Source: a bacterium
GTDB lineage: Bacteria > RBG-13-61-14 > DATKZS01
Length of the DNA: 39,287 nucleotides
Assembly: GCA_046484135.1 (NCBI GenBank)
Contig: JAWOBU010000131.1
Location: 1 to 39,287 of the forward strand
Reading direction: 5' to 3'
In this document: one piece after another, positions 1 through 9,163 of the stretch
How the letters are laid out: every line of letters begins with the position of its first letter
How positions within the stretch are numbered: position 1 is the stretch's first letter
The notes under the pieces: model-generated
Told to the model about the DNA's origin: nothing
What the model saw: the letters and a program-made list of their open reading frames with translations, nothing else
Databases searched by the model: none
Program-made: the position numbers and the translations under genes

Positions 1-1
1 T

Positions 2-2557
2 ATGCTTACTCCAGATGATCCCTCCCATGTAGTAACTGATTCTAATGGAGACACTATTTCCTCAGACAGGGTAGTTGTCAAATTCAAGTATGGGGTAAGT
101 GAGAGTGATATCCAGGATATAGTTTCCGGGGTTGATGGGGAAATAACCGGTTATATACCCCAGATCGAGGTGTACGAAATTAAAGTACCAACTTCGACGG
201 CCAACGAGATAGAAAACATAATCAGTCAGTTGAACTCCAACTCGAGTGTTAATTACGCGGAGAAAAACTATACGGGCACTTTGGGGAATACAGACGTGGA
301 GGAATTCTCTGGGTTCGTCGTTTGGGGGTTTGAAAAAGTCAAGCTCTCCTCGGGGGACACCAGTACTGAGACTGGCTATTCTTATTTGAGGGACAATAAC
401 TTGTACGGGGAAACAGTTACCGAGGTAGTAGTTGCCGTTATTGATTCCGGTTTTAACCGGGAGCATCCTGATCTGAAAGACCAGCTTTTACCAGGCTACG
501 ATGTGGCGGATGATGATAATAATACGACCAATAAAGAGATGGACAGCTCTTGGGGGAAGTCCTATACTCATGGTACCCATACAGCCGGCCTGATAGCAGC
601 CGAAAATAACGGAAAAGCCATAAACGGGGTCGCCTACAGAGCCAAAATATTGCCTGTAAAGCTTATTTCTTCTTCAAGCATAGGGGCTTTAAAACAATGC
701 ATCTTTGGATATAAATTACATGCGGCGATAAATTACGCCGTCAGTCAAGGTGCGGACATAATAAATATAAGTGCACATGTTAAAGACACTCAAGCTTTAC
801 GGGCATCGGTCCGACATGCCAGGTTAAATGGGGTTACAGTGGTTGCATGTGCCGGCAATGAAGAGGTTGACGCCTCCAATACATTCCCTGCGGCTTACCC
901 TGAAGTGATTTCCGTAGGCGCGACAGACAAGAATGATGAAAGAGCAACAGGATGGGACGCCCCTGAGACCGGATCGAATTATTCCGAAAACGATTTGCAA
1001 TCGGTCCTTTCCTTGAGTGCACCCGGAGAAGAGATTACGGTATTGAATGCTGATTATCCGGACACTAATGACCCTTTGGGAGGTCCTGTAACCGGTACCT
1101 CTTTTGCGGCCCCCTTTGTCTCTGGTCTCGCCGCTTTGTTGAAGTCCCTGGACGAAAGTCTCACTCCGAACGAAATCGAAGAGATTATGAGGGACACGGC
1201 AGACGACATTTCAGTTACCTACCCTGACTCCAGCGTTCATACCTGGAAAAGGATTAATGCTCTAAAAGCTGTTAAAGCTGTTAAATCAGTTTCCGGAAGG
1301 TTCACTGACTTGGGCAATGGTGTCATCTCAGATTCAAATACCGGTCTGCTGTGGGAAAAGGGACAATCCGACATCTTGGATTGGCAAAACGCAATGCAGT
1401 ATTGCCAGGACCTCAGTCTTGGAGGCTCCAATTCGTGGAGAGCACCCACCAAGGAAGAGTTTGAATCTCTTTTCATGGGGGACACCGTTACTTGCGGGCC
1501 TTCGGCAGGAGGGGATTACACGGATGCATACCTGTCCGATTCCTTTAATTGCTACGAAGCAACCGTATGGTCTGCTACCGAATACGATGCTGACAATGCA
1601 TATCGCGTAAATTTCAGACTCAAGAAATCCGAACCCGCATCAAAAACCACAGGTGTCTATGCCACAAGATGCGTTAAGCATGCTGATTGCTCCGACGGTG
1701 TGGACAATGATGGCGACGGTCTGGTTGACTACCCGGAAGATTATGGGTGCCACAGCGCAAACGACAGCTCGGAAGAGTTCGTATCAGTGGACAACTTGAG
1801 AAGTGACGTAAATACCACATACAACGAGACCTCGCCTTTCATAACCAGTGACGGACTGAGACTATACTTCCTCTCTGACAGGACCACCGGATATGGATGG
1901 GATTTCTATTATGCTGAAAGAGACGATACCTCCAGCTCTTTCAACACGCCCGTTTATCTCAGCTCCTTGAGCACAGGAGAAAATGAAGGCAATATTTGGA
2001 TGTCCGACGATGAACTTCGCGCCTACTTTACCCGCTACGCCAACGGGTTGTACAGGATATTCACGGCCTCGAGGCCGGACCTCACTGATAGCTTCGGCAC
2101 TGCCACTGAGTTCTCTAACCTGGTCTGGGACGACAGCAGTTATAACGGTTCTCTCATGCCGGACGAGAAAACCATCTACTTCCGCAGTAACGGAAGCGGT
2201 GGCGAGGGTCCTCCTGATATATACAAGGCCACTCGCTCCAATATAGGAGACGCCTTTGGCACTCCTCAAAATATCTCGGAGCTGAACACAAGCAGCAGAG
2301 AAGGGGACCCTTGTTTGAGCAGAGATGGCCTTACCATGTTCTTTCATTCCAATCGTTCTCCCAACAGCGGCAAAAATGACATCTGGTACACATGGAGGAC
2401 CGATAAAGCAAGCGCTTGGAATACGCCCGTTAAAGTTACCGAGTTGAGCACTGAGTATAATGAATCCCCGGGAAAGGGATGCATGAACTTTGAAAATTAC
2501 CTTTACTACAACCGTAATGTTGACGGAGATACCCAGATTTTCTATGCCATAAGATAA
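2..2557 (+). CDS. Modular S8 (subtilisin-like) serine protease: prodomain + S8 + DUF1566/Lcl-like domain + CxDGxDNDGDG Ca-binding motif + PD40/TolB-like propeller repeats; probably 5'-truncated by window edge
   Basis: Catalytic triad motifs VAVIDSG, HGTHTAG, GTSFAAPFVSG and oxyanion AGN. DUF1566-like RFTDLGNGVISDSNTGLLW...WRAPTKEE...WS...TRCV. CSDGVDNDGDGLVD. Repeated (S/D)P.(I/L)..DG..(L/M)(Y/F)F.S.R units. No signal peptide at the first Met. Confidence 0.9.
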   Translation: MLTPDDPSHVVTDSNGDTISSDRVVVKFKYGVSESDIQDIVSGVDGEITGYIPQIEVYEIKVPTSTANEIENIISQLNSNSSVNYAEKNYTGTLGNTDVEEFSGFVVWGFEKVKLSSGDTSTETGYSYLRDNNLYGETVTEVVVAVIDSGFNREHPDLKDQLLPGYDVADDDNNTTNKEMDSSWGKSYTHGTHTAGLIAAENNGKAINGVAYRAKILPVKLISSSSIGALKQCIFGYKLHAAINYAVSQGADIINISAHVKDTQALRASVRHARLNGVTVVACAGNEEVDASNTFPAAYPEVISVGATDKNDERATGWDAPETGSNYSENDLQSVLSLSAPGEEITVLNADYPDTNDPLGGPVTGTSFAAPFVSGLAALLKSLDESLTPNEIEEIMRDTADDISVTYPDSSVHTWKRINALKAVKAVKSVSGRFTDLGNGVISDSNTGLLWEKGQSDILDWQNAMQYCQDLSLGGSNSWRAPTKEEFESLFMGDTVTCGPSAGGDYTDAYLSDSFNCYEATVWSATEYDADNAYRVNFRLKKSEPASKTTGVYATRCVKHADCSDGVDNDGDGLVDYPEDYGCHSANDSSEEFVSVDNLRSDVNTTYNETSPFITSDGLRLYFLSDRTTGYGWDFYYAERDDTSSSFNTPVYLSSLSTGENEGNIWMSDDELRAYFTRYANGLYRIFTASRPDLTDSFGTATEFSNLVWDDSSYNGSLMPDEKTIYFRSNGSGGEGPPDIYKATRSNIGDAFGTPQNISELNTSSREGDPCLSRDGLTMFFHSNRSPNSGKNDIWYTWRTDKASAWNTPVKVTELSTEYNESPGKGCMNFENYLYYNRNVDGDTQIFYAIR

Positions 2558-2683
2558 AATTAGTTTATGTAATAAAAGGGCTTAATGGGTCTCTGCGGGT
2601 CTGCATGTACATACACGGCCCGCAGAGGCTCGCGAAATAATTCCAACTTTTCAAAAAATATAATTTGGGACAAGGAGGTTACT

Positions 2684-3316
2684 ATGAAGTATAAGGCAGT
2701 ATTATTTTTAACCTGTTTTGTGATTTTTAATGCAGGCATGGTTTCCAAAGCATTTGCTGAACAGCCGGAAAGCTCTTTCTATGCCTATGGAGGCATAAAT
2801 GTTGGTGCTCAAACTATAGACTTAGACCCCTCTTATTTACGGAAAACCTATGGCAATTCTGGCGGGGGAGTACAGGTCGGTGCTGGCTTTGTTCTGACAG
2901 ATAAATTCAATATAGAGCTTGGTTATAGCGGCATCAACGTCGCTTCCTATTTATCCGAGAGCGAAGATTCTACATTCAATATGTTCACCCACCAATTCGC
3001 AGTTCGCGCGATATATCATGATGCTATAAATAAGAAGATGGACTGGTACGCCTTTGGTGGTGGAGGAATGGGTGTTGTTCAGTTTACATCAACAGGTCCA
3101 TTATATAGAGATGATGATTATTATAGCGCACTTGTAGTTACAGCAGGAGGAGGGATTACACTTTACAGAAAAGATAACTGGTTTGTAGGGGCTGAAGGAA
3201 GCTATGCTCAATTCAATTTTTCTAAGAGGGATCCGGTGGATGAGCGCACATACAATTATAGCCCCTATGCAATTTTAGGGTCATTCCGTTTTGGGTACTA
3301 CTTCCCTTCTGATTGA
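2684..3316 (+). CDS. Outer-membrane beta-barrel protein (OmpA-TM/OmpW-like, probably 8-stranded)
   Basis: SD AAGGAGG at 2672-2678 before ATG 2684. Signal peptide MKYKAVLFLTCFVIFNAGMVSKAFA. Amphipathic Gly/aromatic strands (YAFGGGGMG, VTAGGGI) and terminal FGYYF. Confidence 0.8.
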   Translation: MKYKAVLFLTCFVIFNAGMVSKAFAEQPESSFYAYGGINVGAQTIDLDPSYLRKTYGNSGGGVQVGAGFVLTDKFNIELGYSGINVASYLSESEDSTFNMFTHQFAVRAIYHDAINKKMDWYAFGGGGMGVVQFTSTGPLYRDDDYYSALVVTAGGGITLYRKDNWFVGAEGSYAQFNFSKRDPVDERTYNYSPYAILGSFRFGYYFPSD

Positions 3317-3444
3317 ACAGGACCGAGATAATTAAGATATTGGAGTTGCGATTTATTTAAGATTAAAATAAAGGGTTTGCCGGGAGAGCCTGAACAGAAA
3401 AGATAAAAAGCAATAACAAAAAAGTGATATCAAAATTTTTCCGC

Positions 3445-3477
3445 GAGGCGCGGTCATGGGCCGCGCCTCTCATGTTT
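3445..3477 (+). terminator. Possible intrinsic terminator / GC hairpin at end of AT-rich block
   Basis: GAGGCGCGG...CCGCGCCTC 9-bp perfect stem. The following U-tract (TCATGTTT) is weak. Confidence 0.4.
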
Positions 3478-3690
3478 GATAGATATTACAGACAGCTCTC
3501 CTGTCGCCGTATGTGATAAAAACCTGTTTTCCGGCTTGTGGCGTGCTTATGGCAAAAGCTGTACGCGCAGGCCGGGATATGTCAGGTAAAGGCGGTCGCC
3601 CATTCTCATTCCCCCTCCGCTTGCCTGTCATGTTTTTCTATAGTATAACTCGTGTCGGTTGTCATCAGTATTCCGGAGGCGTGGAAAGTA

Positions 3691-4815
3691 ATGAACGACA
3701 AGCGGAACCAGAGGATCGTTATTGCGGGCGTGTTGCTTGTTTTGCTGGGCGCGTTTCTATATTTGTTGCGCGGCCCTTTGACGCCCGTTTTTATCGCTCT
3801 TTTTCTGGCGTATCTTTTCGACCCGGTGATAGACAGGATGGAGTCGTGGAGGCTGAACCGGACTGTGTCCATTTTCATTCTTGCCGCCTTGATCGTGGTC
3901 GTTTTGGGCGGCGTGCTTTTCTTTCTTCTTTTTCAGGCCCAGCGGGAGCTGGTCGAGCTTTTCAATAACCTGCCGGGGTATCTTTCCACTGCCCAGGAGA
4001 AGCTGGCGCCGCTTGTTAAGGAGTACCTGGGGGTCGAGCTTCCCGCTAACATGGAAGATTTTCTGGGCCAGTTGAAAAGCCAGTTCGAAGAGTTGGACCC
4101 CGCCAACTTGAAGCCGGTGTCCGCGGTGCTTACCAGGATATTCTCGAACACCCTGGCGTTTTTCGGCTGGCTGGTGGGGATTCTCATCATCCCGGTTTTT
4201 CTTTTTTACTTTCTGCGCGACTGGGACACTCTGAAGTACCGCATCCTGGATTACGTGCCCGTGCCCTATCAGTCTTACGTAAAGGACAAGGCCTTCAAGG
4301 TGGACGAGGCGCTGGGCGCTTTCATTCGGGGCCAGCTCACCATCTGCTTTTTCCTGGGCGTCCTTTACACGGGCGGGTTGTTGCTGGTTGGTGTTGACAT
4401 GGCGGTTCTTATCGGCATGGGCTCCGGCCTTCTTTTTATCGTGCCCTACCTCGGCACCATCATCGGGGTGGTGGTGGCCACGATCATGGGGCTTCTCGAA
4501 TTCGGGATCGCCTGGCAGATTCTGGGGGTATGGGGCGTTTATGCAGTTGTCCAGGCCATGGAAGGGACCTTGATCACGCCCAAGATCATGGGCGACCGGG
4601 TCGGGATATCGCCGGTAATCGTCATCATCGCTCTCTTGATCGGCGCCGAACTGCTCGGCTTTCTGGGCATACTGGTAGCAGTGCCCGCGGCCGCAGTGCT
4701 CAAGGTCTTTATAACCGACGGCCTGGAAAGGTACCGGGAGAGCGAGTTTTTCCAGGGCGAGCCTGCCGGCACGGAACAAAAGCCAGAGAACGACGGTTCC
4801 GACGGCGGGGGATAA
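3691..4815 (+). CDS. AI-2E (PerM/YdiK) family transporter
   Basis: Hydrophobic multi-TM protein with LAYLFDP, FYFLRD, FIRGQL, VPYLG, QAMEGTLITPKIMG and LGILVAVP motifs. Start placed at ATG 3691. Confidence 0.9.
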   Translation: MNDKRNQRIVIAGVLLVLLGAFLYLLRGPLTPVFIALFLAYLFDPVIDRMESWRLNRTVSIFILAALIVVVLGGVLFFLLFQAQRELVELFNNLPGYLSTAQEKLAPLVKEYLGVELPANMEDFLGQLKSQFEELDPANLKPVSAVLTRIFSNTLAFFGWLVGILIIPVFLFYFLRDWDTLKYRILDYVPVPYQSYVKDKAFKVDEALGAFIRGQLTICFFLGVLYTGGLLLVGVDMAVLIGMGSGLLFIVPYLGTIIGVVVATIMGLLEFGIAWQILGVWGVYAVVQAMEGTLITPKIMGDRVGISPVIVIIALLIGAELLGFLGILVAVPAAAVLKVFITDGLERYRESEFFQGEPAGTEQKPENDGSDGGG

Positions 4816-4886
4816 AACCTCCTCTACTATATTGCATTAGTGCCGCATGAGTCTGTAGACTAAAGTATTAGTGTGGCCGGGTTCGT

Positions 4887-6698
4887 ATGAAGACCATGAA
4901 GCCTTCATATAAAAGGATGGGTGGCCGGGCGGTTGTCGCGCTTTTGCTGTTTTTGGTTTGCGGCTGCCAGGACCGGCAAGCTACGCCTTTGCAGAAGCTT
5001 GTTTCTTTTCCCGTGGTGGAGGAGTCTTCAGAGCGGGAGGTGTTTGCGGGCCGCGGCAAGTCCGCGCGTATGGTTTTCATAAACGGCGTTCACCGGGAGA
5101 GCATGGTGCTGGAGCCGGGCGGCGAGCTGGAGGCTGATTACACGGGTTCCGGCGGCTTTTATTTCCAGGTGGGGGCGCCTTCCGGCAGCCGCCTGGGCAG
5201 TGGGATCGAGTCGTCGGTAGTGGTAACCGTGTCCGGCGCTCGCGGCAAGAGCCGGAAGAAGTCGGTATCCCCCGCTCCGGGCGAGTGGGTCCCGGTTCGA
5301 ATAGACGTGGGGGATGATTTAAAAAGCGGCGCGATCAAGCTCGAGCTCCGGGCGGAAGGTTCTCCTGCAGAGCTTGCCGGTGAAGCGGTCGCCATCGGCC
5401 CGGCTTTTTTAAATCGTGATTTCCAAAAGCCCAACATCATAATCATCAGCATTGATACTCTGCGGGCCGATCATTTAGAGCCGTACGGTCATGATATGCC
5501 CGTAAGCCCGGCCATATCCGCGCTAGCTCACGAGTCCATCCTGTTCGAGCGGTGTTACTCACACGCCTCCTGGACGCCGCCTTCAGTGGCCTCGCTTTTT
5601 ACATCGCTGTATCCGGTCCAGCACGGCTCGCTCGGCAAGGACCGCATCCCGCTTTCTTCCGGAAACCGGACCATGGCCGAGACCTTTGCAGAAGCGGGCT
5701 ACTTTACCGCGGCCTTTTCCTCAAGCCCTTTTGTCCATCCCGACTTCGGGTTCGGGCAGGGTTTCCGAGTGTTCGGGTTTGAAGAAGACGAGAACGCGGC
5801 CGCGCTCACCGCGATGGCGGTAGACTGGCTCCATGAGCGGCCCGCAGGTCCTTTCTTCCTGTACGTCATGTACTTCGATCCGCATTTCCCTTACGTGCCG
5901 CCGGAGAATTATCTCGGGATGTTCAGAAAGGGGCCGGAGGGCAAGCCGCTCTGGCGCGCAGGGCACGTGCCGAATATCAAGAGTCTTTACGGCTTGTCCG
6001 CGGAGGTCGGCCGGGAGACCTATAACTTCCTGCACTCGAGCTACCAGGGGGAGATCGCGTTCACGGATGATCGGGTGGGTGCGCTGATTTCTCGCTTCAG
6101 GCAGGAGGGGCTTCTTCGGAACTCGATCGTGGTGTTGACGTCGGACCACGGCGAGGAGTTTCTGGAGCACGGCGGTTTCGGGCACGGCAACACCTTGTAC
6201 GAGGAGCAGCTCCACGTGCCGCTCCTGGTGCGGCTTCCCGGAGGCTCGGGAGGCGGCCGCAGGATAGCGTCTATAACCCGGCAGGTGGACCTTCTTCCCA
6301 CCCTGCTCGAGTTTGCCGGGATCGAGCACCCTGCGCCAGTGGAAGGCAAAAGCTTCCTGTCCGCGCTTACACAAGATGAGGACCTGCCTGACCGACCGGC
6401 TTTTGCGACCAGCATGCACCTTTTACATGAAGGCCAGACCATGAAGAGCCTTCGGCAGGGCAGGCATAAGCTTATCCTTTATGAGAACCCGGACCGGGCG
6501 CTCCTTTTCGACCTTGATGAGGACCCGTCGGAGCTACACAACCTGGTGCGGGAGAAGCCGGAGCTCAGGAAGCGGATGATGGAGAGTCTGATCCGGCTGG
6601 AGGAGAACCTGGCAAAGCCGGAATTGGGGCAGGCCGGCAAACCCGCTCCCGGCCGGACCCGGAAGCTCCTGGACTCGCTCGGGTACGTGGGGGATTGA
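4887..6698 (+). CDS. Exported (probable lipoprotein) sulfatase-fold / alkaline-phosphatase-superfamily protein with Thr at the nucleophile position
   Basis: PNIIIISIDTLRADH, WTPPSVASLFTS, DPHFPY, SDHGEEF.EHG. Signal ending LLLFLVCGC. C-terminal KLLDSLGY. Confidence 0.85.
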   Translation: MKTMKPSYKRMGGRAVVALLLFLVCGCQDRQATPLQKLVSFPVVEESSEREVFAGRGKSARMVFINGVHRESMVLEPGGELEADYTGSGGFYFQVGAPSGSRLGSGIESSVVVTVSGARGKSRKKSVSPAPGEWVPVRIDVGDDLKSGAIKLELRAEGSPAELAGEAVAIGPAFLNRDFQKPNIIIISIDTLRADHLEPYGHDMPVSPAISALAHESILFERCYSHASWTPPSVASLFTSLYPVQHGSLGKDRIPLSSGNRTMAETFAEAGYFTAAFSSSPFVHPDFGFGQGFRVFGFEEDENAAALTAMAVDWLHERPAGPFFLYVMYFDPHFPYVPPENYLGMFRKGPEGKPLWRAGHVPNIKSLYGLSAEVGRETYNFLHSSYQGEIAFTDDRVGALISRFRQEGLLRNSIVVLTSDHGEEFLEHGGFGHGNTLYEEQLHVPLLVRLPGGSGGGRRIASITRQVDLLPTLLEFAGIEHPAPVEGKSFLSALTQDEDLPDRPAFATSMHLLHEGQTMKSLRQGRHKLILYENPDRALLFDLDEDPSELHNLVREKPELRKRMMESLIRLEENLAKPELGQAGKPAPGRTRKLLDSLGYVGD

Positions 6699-6806
6699 TC
6701 GCTGTTCAGGCGGGTTCGATGAAGAGGCAAGTGCGGTTAAAAAAACTGGAACAAGGCTGTTGTCCCGTCAGATTAATAACCTCGGAGGTCCCGCAAACGG
6801 CGACGA

Positions 6807-6828
6807 TCGCGACTAAAGTCGCTCGCAC
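6807..6828 (-). repeat. REP, GTGC-foot family (GTGCGAGCGACTTTAGTCGCGA)
   Basis: Exact match (reverse strand) to copies at 13138 and 29630. Confidence 0.9.
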
Positions 6829-6842
6829 TGAAAGTATTGATT

Positions 6843-7114
6843 CACTCTTGTCCAAAACAGAATTTTATCTCACGCAAAGACGCGAAGACGCAAAGTAAAA
6901 AAACACAACGAGATTAAGCCATTCTGACCTTTTATAAGCATAACCCTCCGGCAAAACTTTTCAGGGAACCTGAAATTCATAATGCACCTTTTTGTACGTA
7001 TCAATACCGAGGTTTTACATTTGATTCAAAATCAAAAAATTCTGAATTCTTCGCGTTTTTGCGCCCTTGCGTGATATGATTCTCAGCCTTTCCTCTATGT
7101 TTTGGACAGCAATG
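6843..7114 (+). mobile_element. MITE copy 1 (272 bp), 17-bp imperfect TIRs, 9-bp TSD; IS4-like end structure
   Basis: Left end CACTCTTGTCCAAAACA; right end reverse complement CATTGCTGTCCAAAACA. Flanked by direct repeat GTATTGATT (6834-6842 and 7115-7123). Homologous to 8882-9154. Confidence 0.85.
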
Positions 7115-7156
7115 GTATTGATTATTGAAGCGACAGAACGACTGTACGCTTTTATC

Positions 7157-8872
7157 TTACTTCTTTTTCAGTATCTTCTCCATCTGTTTTGCGGTCCTGG
7201 TGTTTATGACGTTTTTCTTGGACAGCCATCCGCGTCGGGCCATGCCCACGCCCAGGTCCATGAGATCAAGGTCCGCCTTCATGTGGGCGTCGGTGGCGAT
7301 TTGGAAGCTGAGCCCTTCGGAGAGGGCCTGTTGGCAGTAGGTGTCAGGCAGGTCGAGCCGGTCGGGCTGAGCGTTGATCTCGAGTATGACCCGGTTTTCC
7401 TTGCAGGCTTCGAACACCTTGTCCATGTCCACCTTGATGGGGTCGCGGCTGCCGATGATCCTGCACAAGGGATGGCCCAGGCTGTGCACCACGCCGCTCT
7501 TTACGGCTTTCACCACGCGGTCGGTCATCTTCTTCTCGTCCATGTCCTGGTAGAAGTGTACGCTGGCCACCACCCAGTCGAGTTCTGCGAGCACTTCTTC
7601 GGAGATGTCCAGAGTGCCGTCCTTTAAGATGTCCACCTCGACGCCGGCCAGGACCCGGATGTCGTCGTACTTCGCGTTAATCTTCCTTATATCATCAGCG
7701 TGCTTTTTAAGCCTCTCGTCGTCCAAGCCGCGGGCAACAGCCACCATCTTGCTGTGATCGGTTATGCCTATGTACTGATACCCCTTCTGGCGGGCGGCTT
7801 CCACCATGTCCTGGATACTGTCCGAGCCGTCCGTGGCCTTGGTATGGCAATGAAGGTCTCCCCTGATATCCGAGAGCTTTATAAGCTCCGGCAGCCGGTC
7901 CCCCTCCGCGCCCTCGATCTCGCCCCGGTCCTCCCGGAGCTCCGGCGGCACCCATTTTAACGAAAGCTGTTTGTAAAGGTCCTCTTCCGTCCGGCCCGCT
8001 AAAAGCTTGTCTTTCTCGAAGATGCCGTACTCGTTCAGCTTCCAGCCTTTGTCCTGCGCGCGCTTCCTGAGCGAGATATTGTGCGCCTTGGAGCCCGTGA
8101 AGTAACAGAGCGCCGCGCCAAAGTTCTCCGGATCGAAAAACCGGAAGTCCACCTGCAGGCCGCTTTTCAACACCACCGAAGATTTCTCGCTCCCGCGGCT
8201 CTGGACCTCGCCGATCTCTTTATAGGAGAGTATCTTCTCCAATGCCCGGTCCCGGTCCTTGGCCTGGACAAGGATATCAAGGTCTCCTACTGTCTCCTTC
8301 CGGCGACGAAAGCTCCCCGCGACCTCGTACTTCTTGACCTCAGGCACGGACTCCAGGTGCCGCACCAGCGAGCTTACAAATCCCGCGGCTGTGTGATAGA
8401 GCATCCTGCCGGTATAGGTCTCGAGCGTCCGGATGCCCTTTAAAATGTTCTCTTCCGTCTTGGCCCCCATGCCCGGAAGGTTGCGGACCTCCTGGTTCTC
8501 GCAAGCTTTCTTCAACTCATCCACGCTCTGGACGCCCAGCTCCCGGTAGAGCAGCATGGCCTTCCTCGGACCGAGACCGCCCACTTGCATGATCCGCACC
8601 AGCCCGTACGGAACCTGGTCCTCCAGCTCCTTCAGACGCTTGGATGTGCCCGTCTTGATGATCTCCTTGATCTTCCCTTCCAGGCTCTTTCCGATGTTGG
8701 GAAGATCAGAAAGCTTCTTGCCCTCGGAAACCATGTCCTCCAACCGATGCGACAGGTCCCGGACCGTGCGTGCGGCATTGCGATAGGACCGTACCCGGAA
8801 CTCGTTTTCGTCCTGGAGTTCGAGCAGGTCGGCGATCCGGTCGAACACGTCTGCGATTTCCGAGTTTTCCAT
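7157..8872 (-). CDS. polX: DNA polymerase X with C-terminal PHP (3'-5' exonuclease) domain
   Basis: HhH motifs (PNIGK, GLGPRK, PGMGAK), GSFRRRKETVGDLDIL, QVDFR, YFTGSKAHN. PHP motifs HCHT, TDHS, EIN, TDAH. ATG at 8872. Confidence 0.95.
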   Translation of the reverse strand: MENSEIADVFDRIADLLELQDENEFRVRSYRNAARTVRDLSHRLEDMVSEGKKLSDLPNIGKSLEGKIKEIIKTGTSKRLKELEDQVPYGLVRIMQVGGLGPRKAMLLYRELGVQSVDELKKACENQEVRNLPGMGAKTEENILKGIRTLETYTGRMLYHTAAGFVSSLVRHLESVPEVKKYEVAGSFRRRKETVGDLDILVQAKDRDRALEKILSYKEIGEVQSRGSEKSSVVLKSGLQVDFRFFDPENFGAALCYFTGSKAHNISLRKRAQDKGWKLNEYGIFEKDKLLAGRTEEDLYKQLSLKWVPPELREDRGEIEGAEGDRLPELIKLSDIRGDLHCHTKATDGSDSIQDMVEAARQKGYQYIGITDHSKMVAVARGLDDERLKKHADDIRKINAKYDDIRVLAGVEVDILKDGTLDISEEVLAELDWVVASVHFYQDMDEKKMTDRVVKAVKSGVVHSLGHPLCRIIGSRDPIKVDMDKVFEACKENRVILEINAQPDRLDLPDTYCQQALSEGLSFQIATDAHMKADLDLMDLGVGMARRGWLSKKNVINTRTAKQMEKILKKK

Positions 8873-8881
8873 GGTCTGCCC

Positions 8882-9154
8882 CACTCTTGTCCAAAACAGA
8901 TTTTTATTTCACGCAGAGGCGCTAAGCCGCAAAGGCAAGACAAAGAAACTTGCGCCGTTGCGATACGTTATGGAAAACGTCTGCCGGTGGCGCTTTTCAA
9001 GGGGCCTCGATTCCGGAAAAGCCCGGCTTAGCCGGACCACTGCTTTGGTCTTGTCTTTTCCCTTTAAGTTCAAAAGAAATCCCTCCTTCTCTGCGTCTTG
9101 GCGCCTCTGCGTGATACAATTGCTTGCCTCTGTCTTATATTTTGGACAGCACAG
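8882..9154 (+). mobile_element. MITE copy 2 (273 bp), same family, inserted 9 bp upstream of the polX ATG
   Basis: Left end CACTCTTGTCCAAAACA; right end ...TATTTTGGACAGCACAG. TSD GGTCTGCCC (8873-8881) / GGGCTGCCC (9155-9163), 8 of 9 identical. Confidence 0.85.
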
Positions 9155-9163
9155 GGGCTGCCC

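Noticed and set aside
1298..1680. DUF1566 domain as a diversity-generating retroelement target
   Set aside because: No template repeat or reverse transcriptase in the window, and the domain is internal. Cannot be excluded genome-wide.
6843..7114. Integron attC site flanking a polX cassette
   Set aside because: Too long, lacks RYYYAAC/GTTRRRY ends, has TIRs and a TSD, and there is no integrase.
6843..9154. Composite transposon carrying polX between two direct-repeat elements
   Set aside because: Each element has its own distinct 9-bp TSD and the outer flanks (GTATTGATT versus GGGCTGCCC) do not match, so these are two independent insertions.
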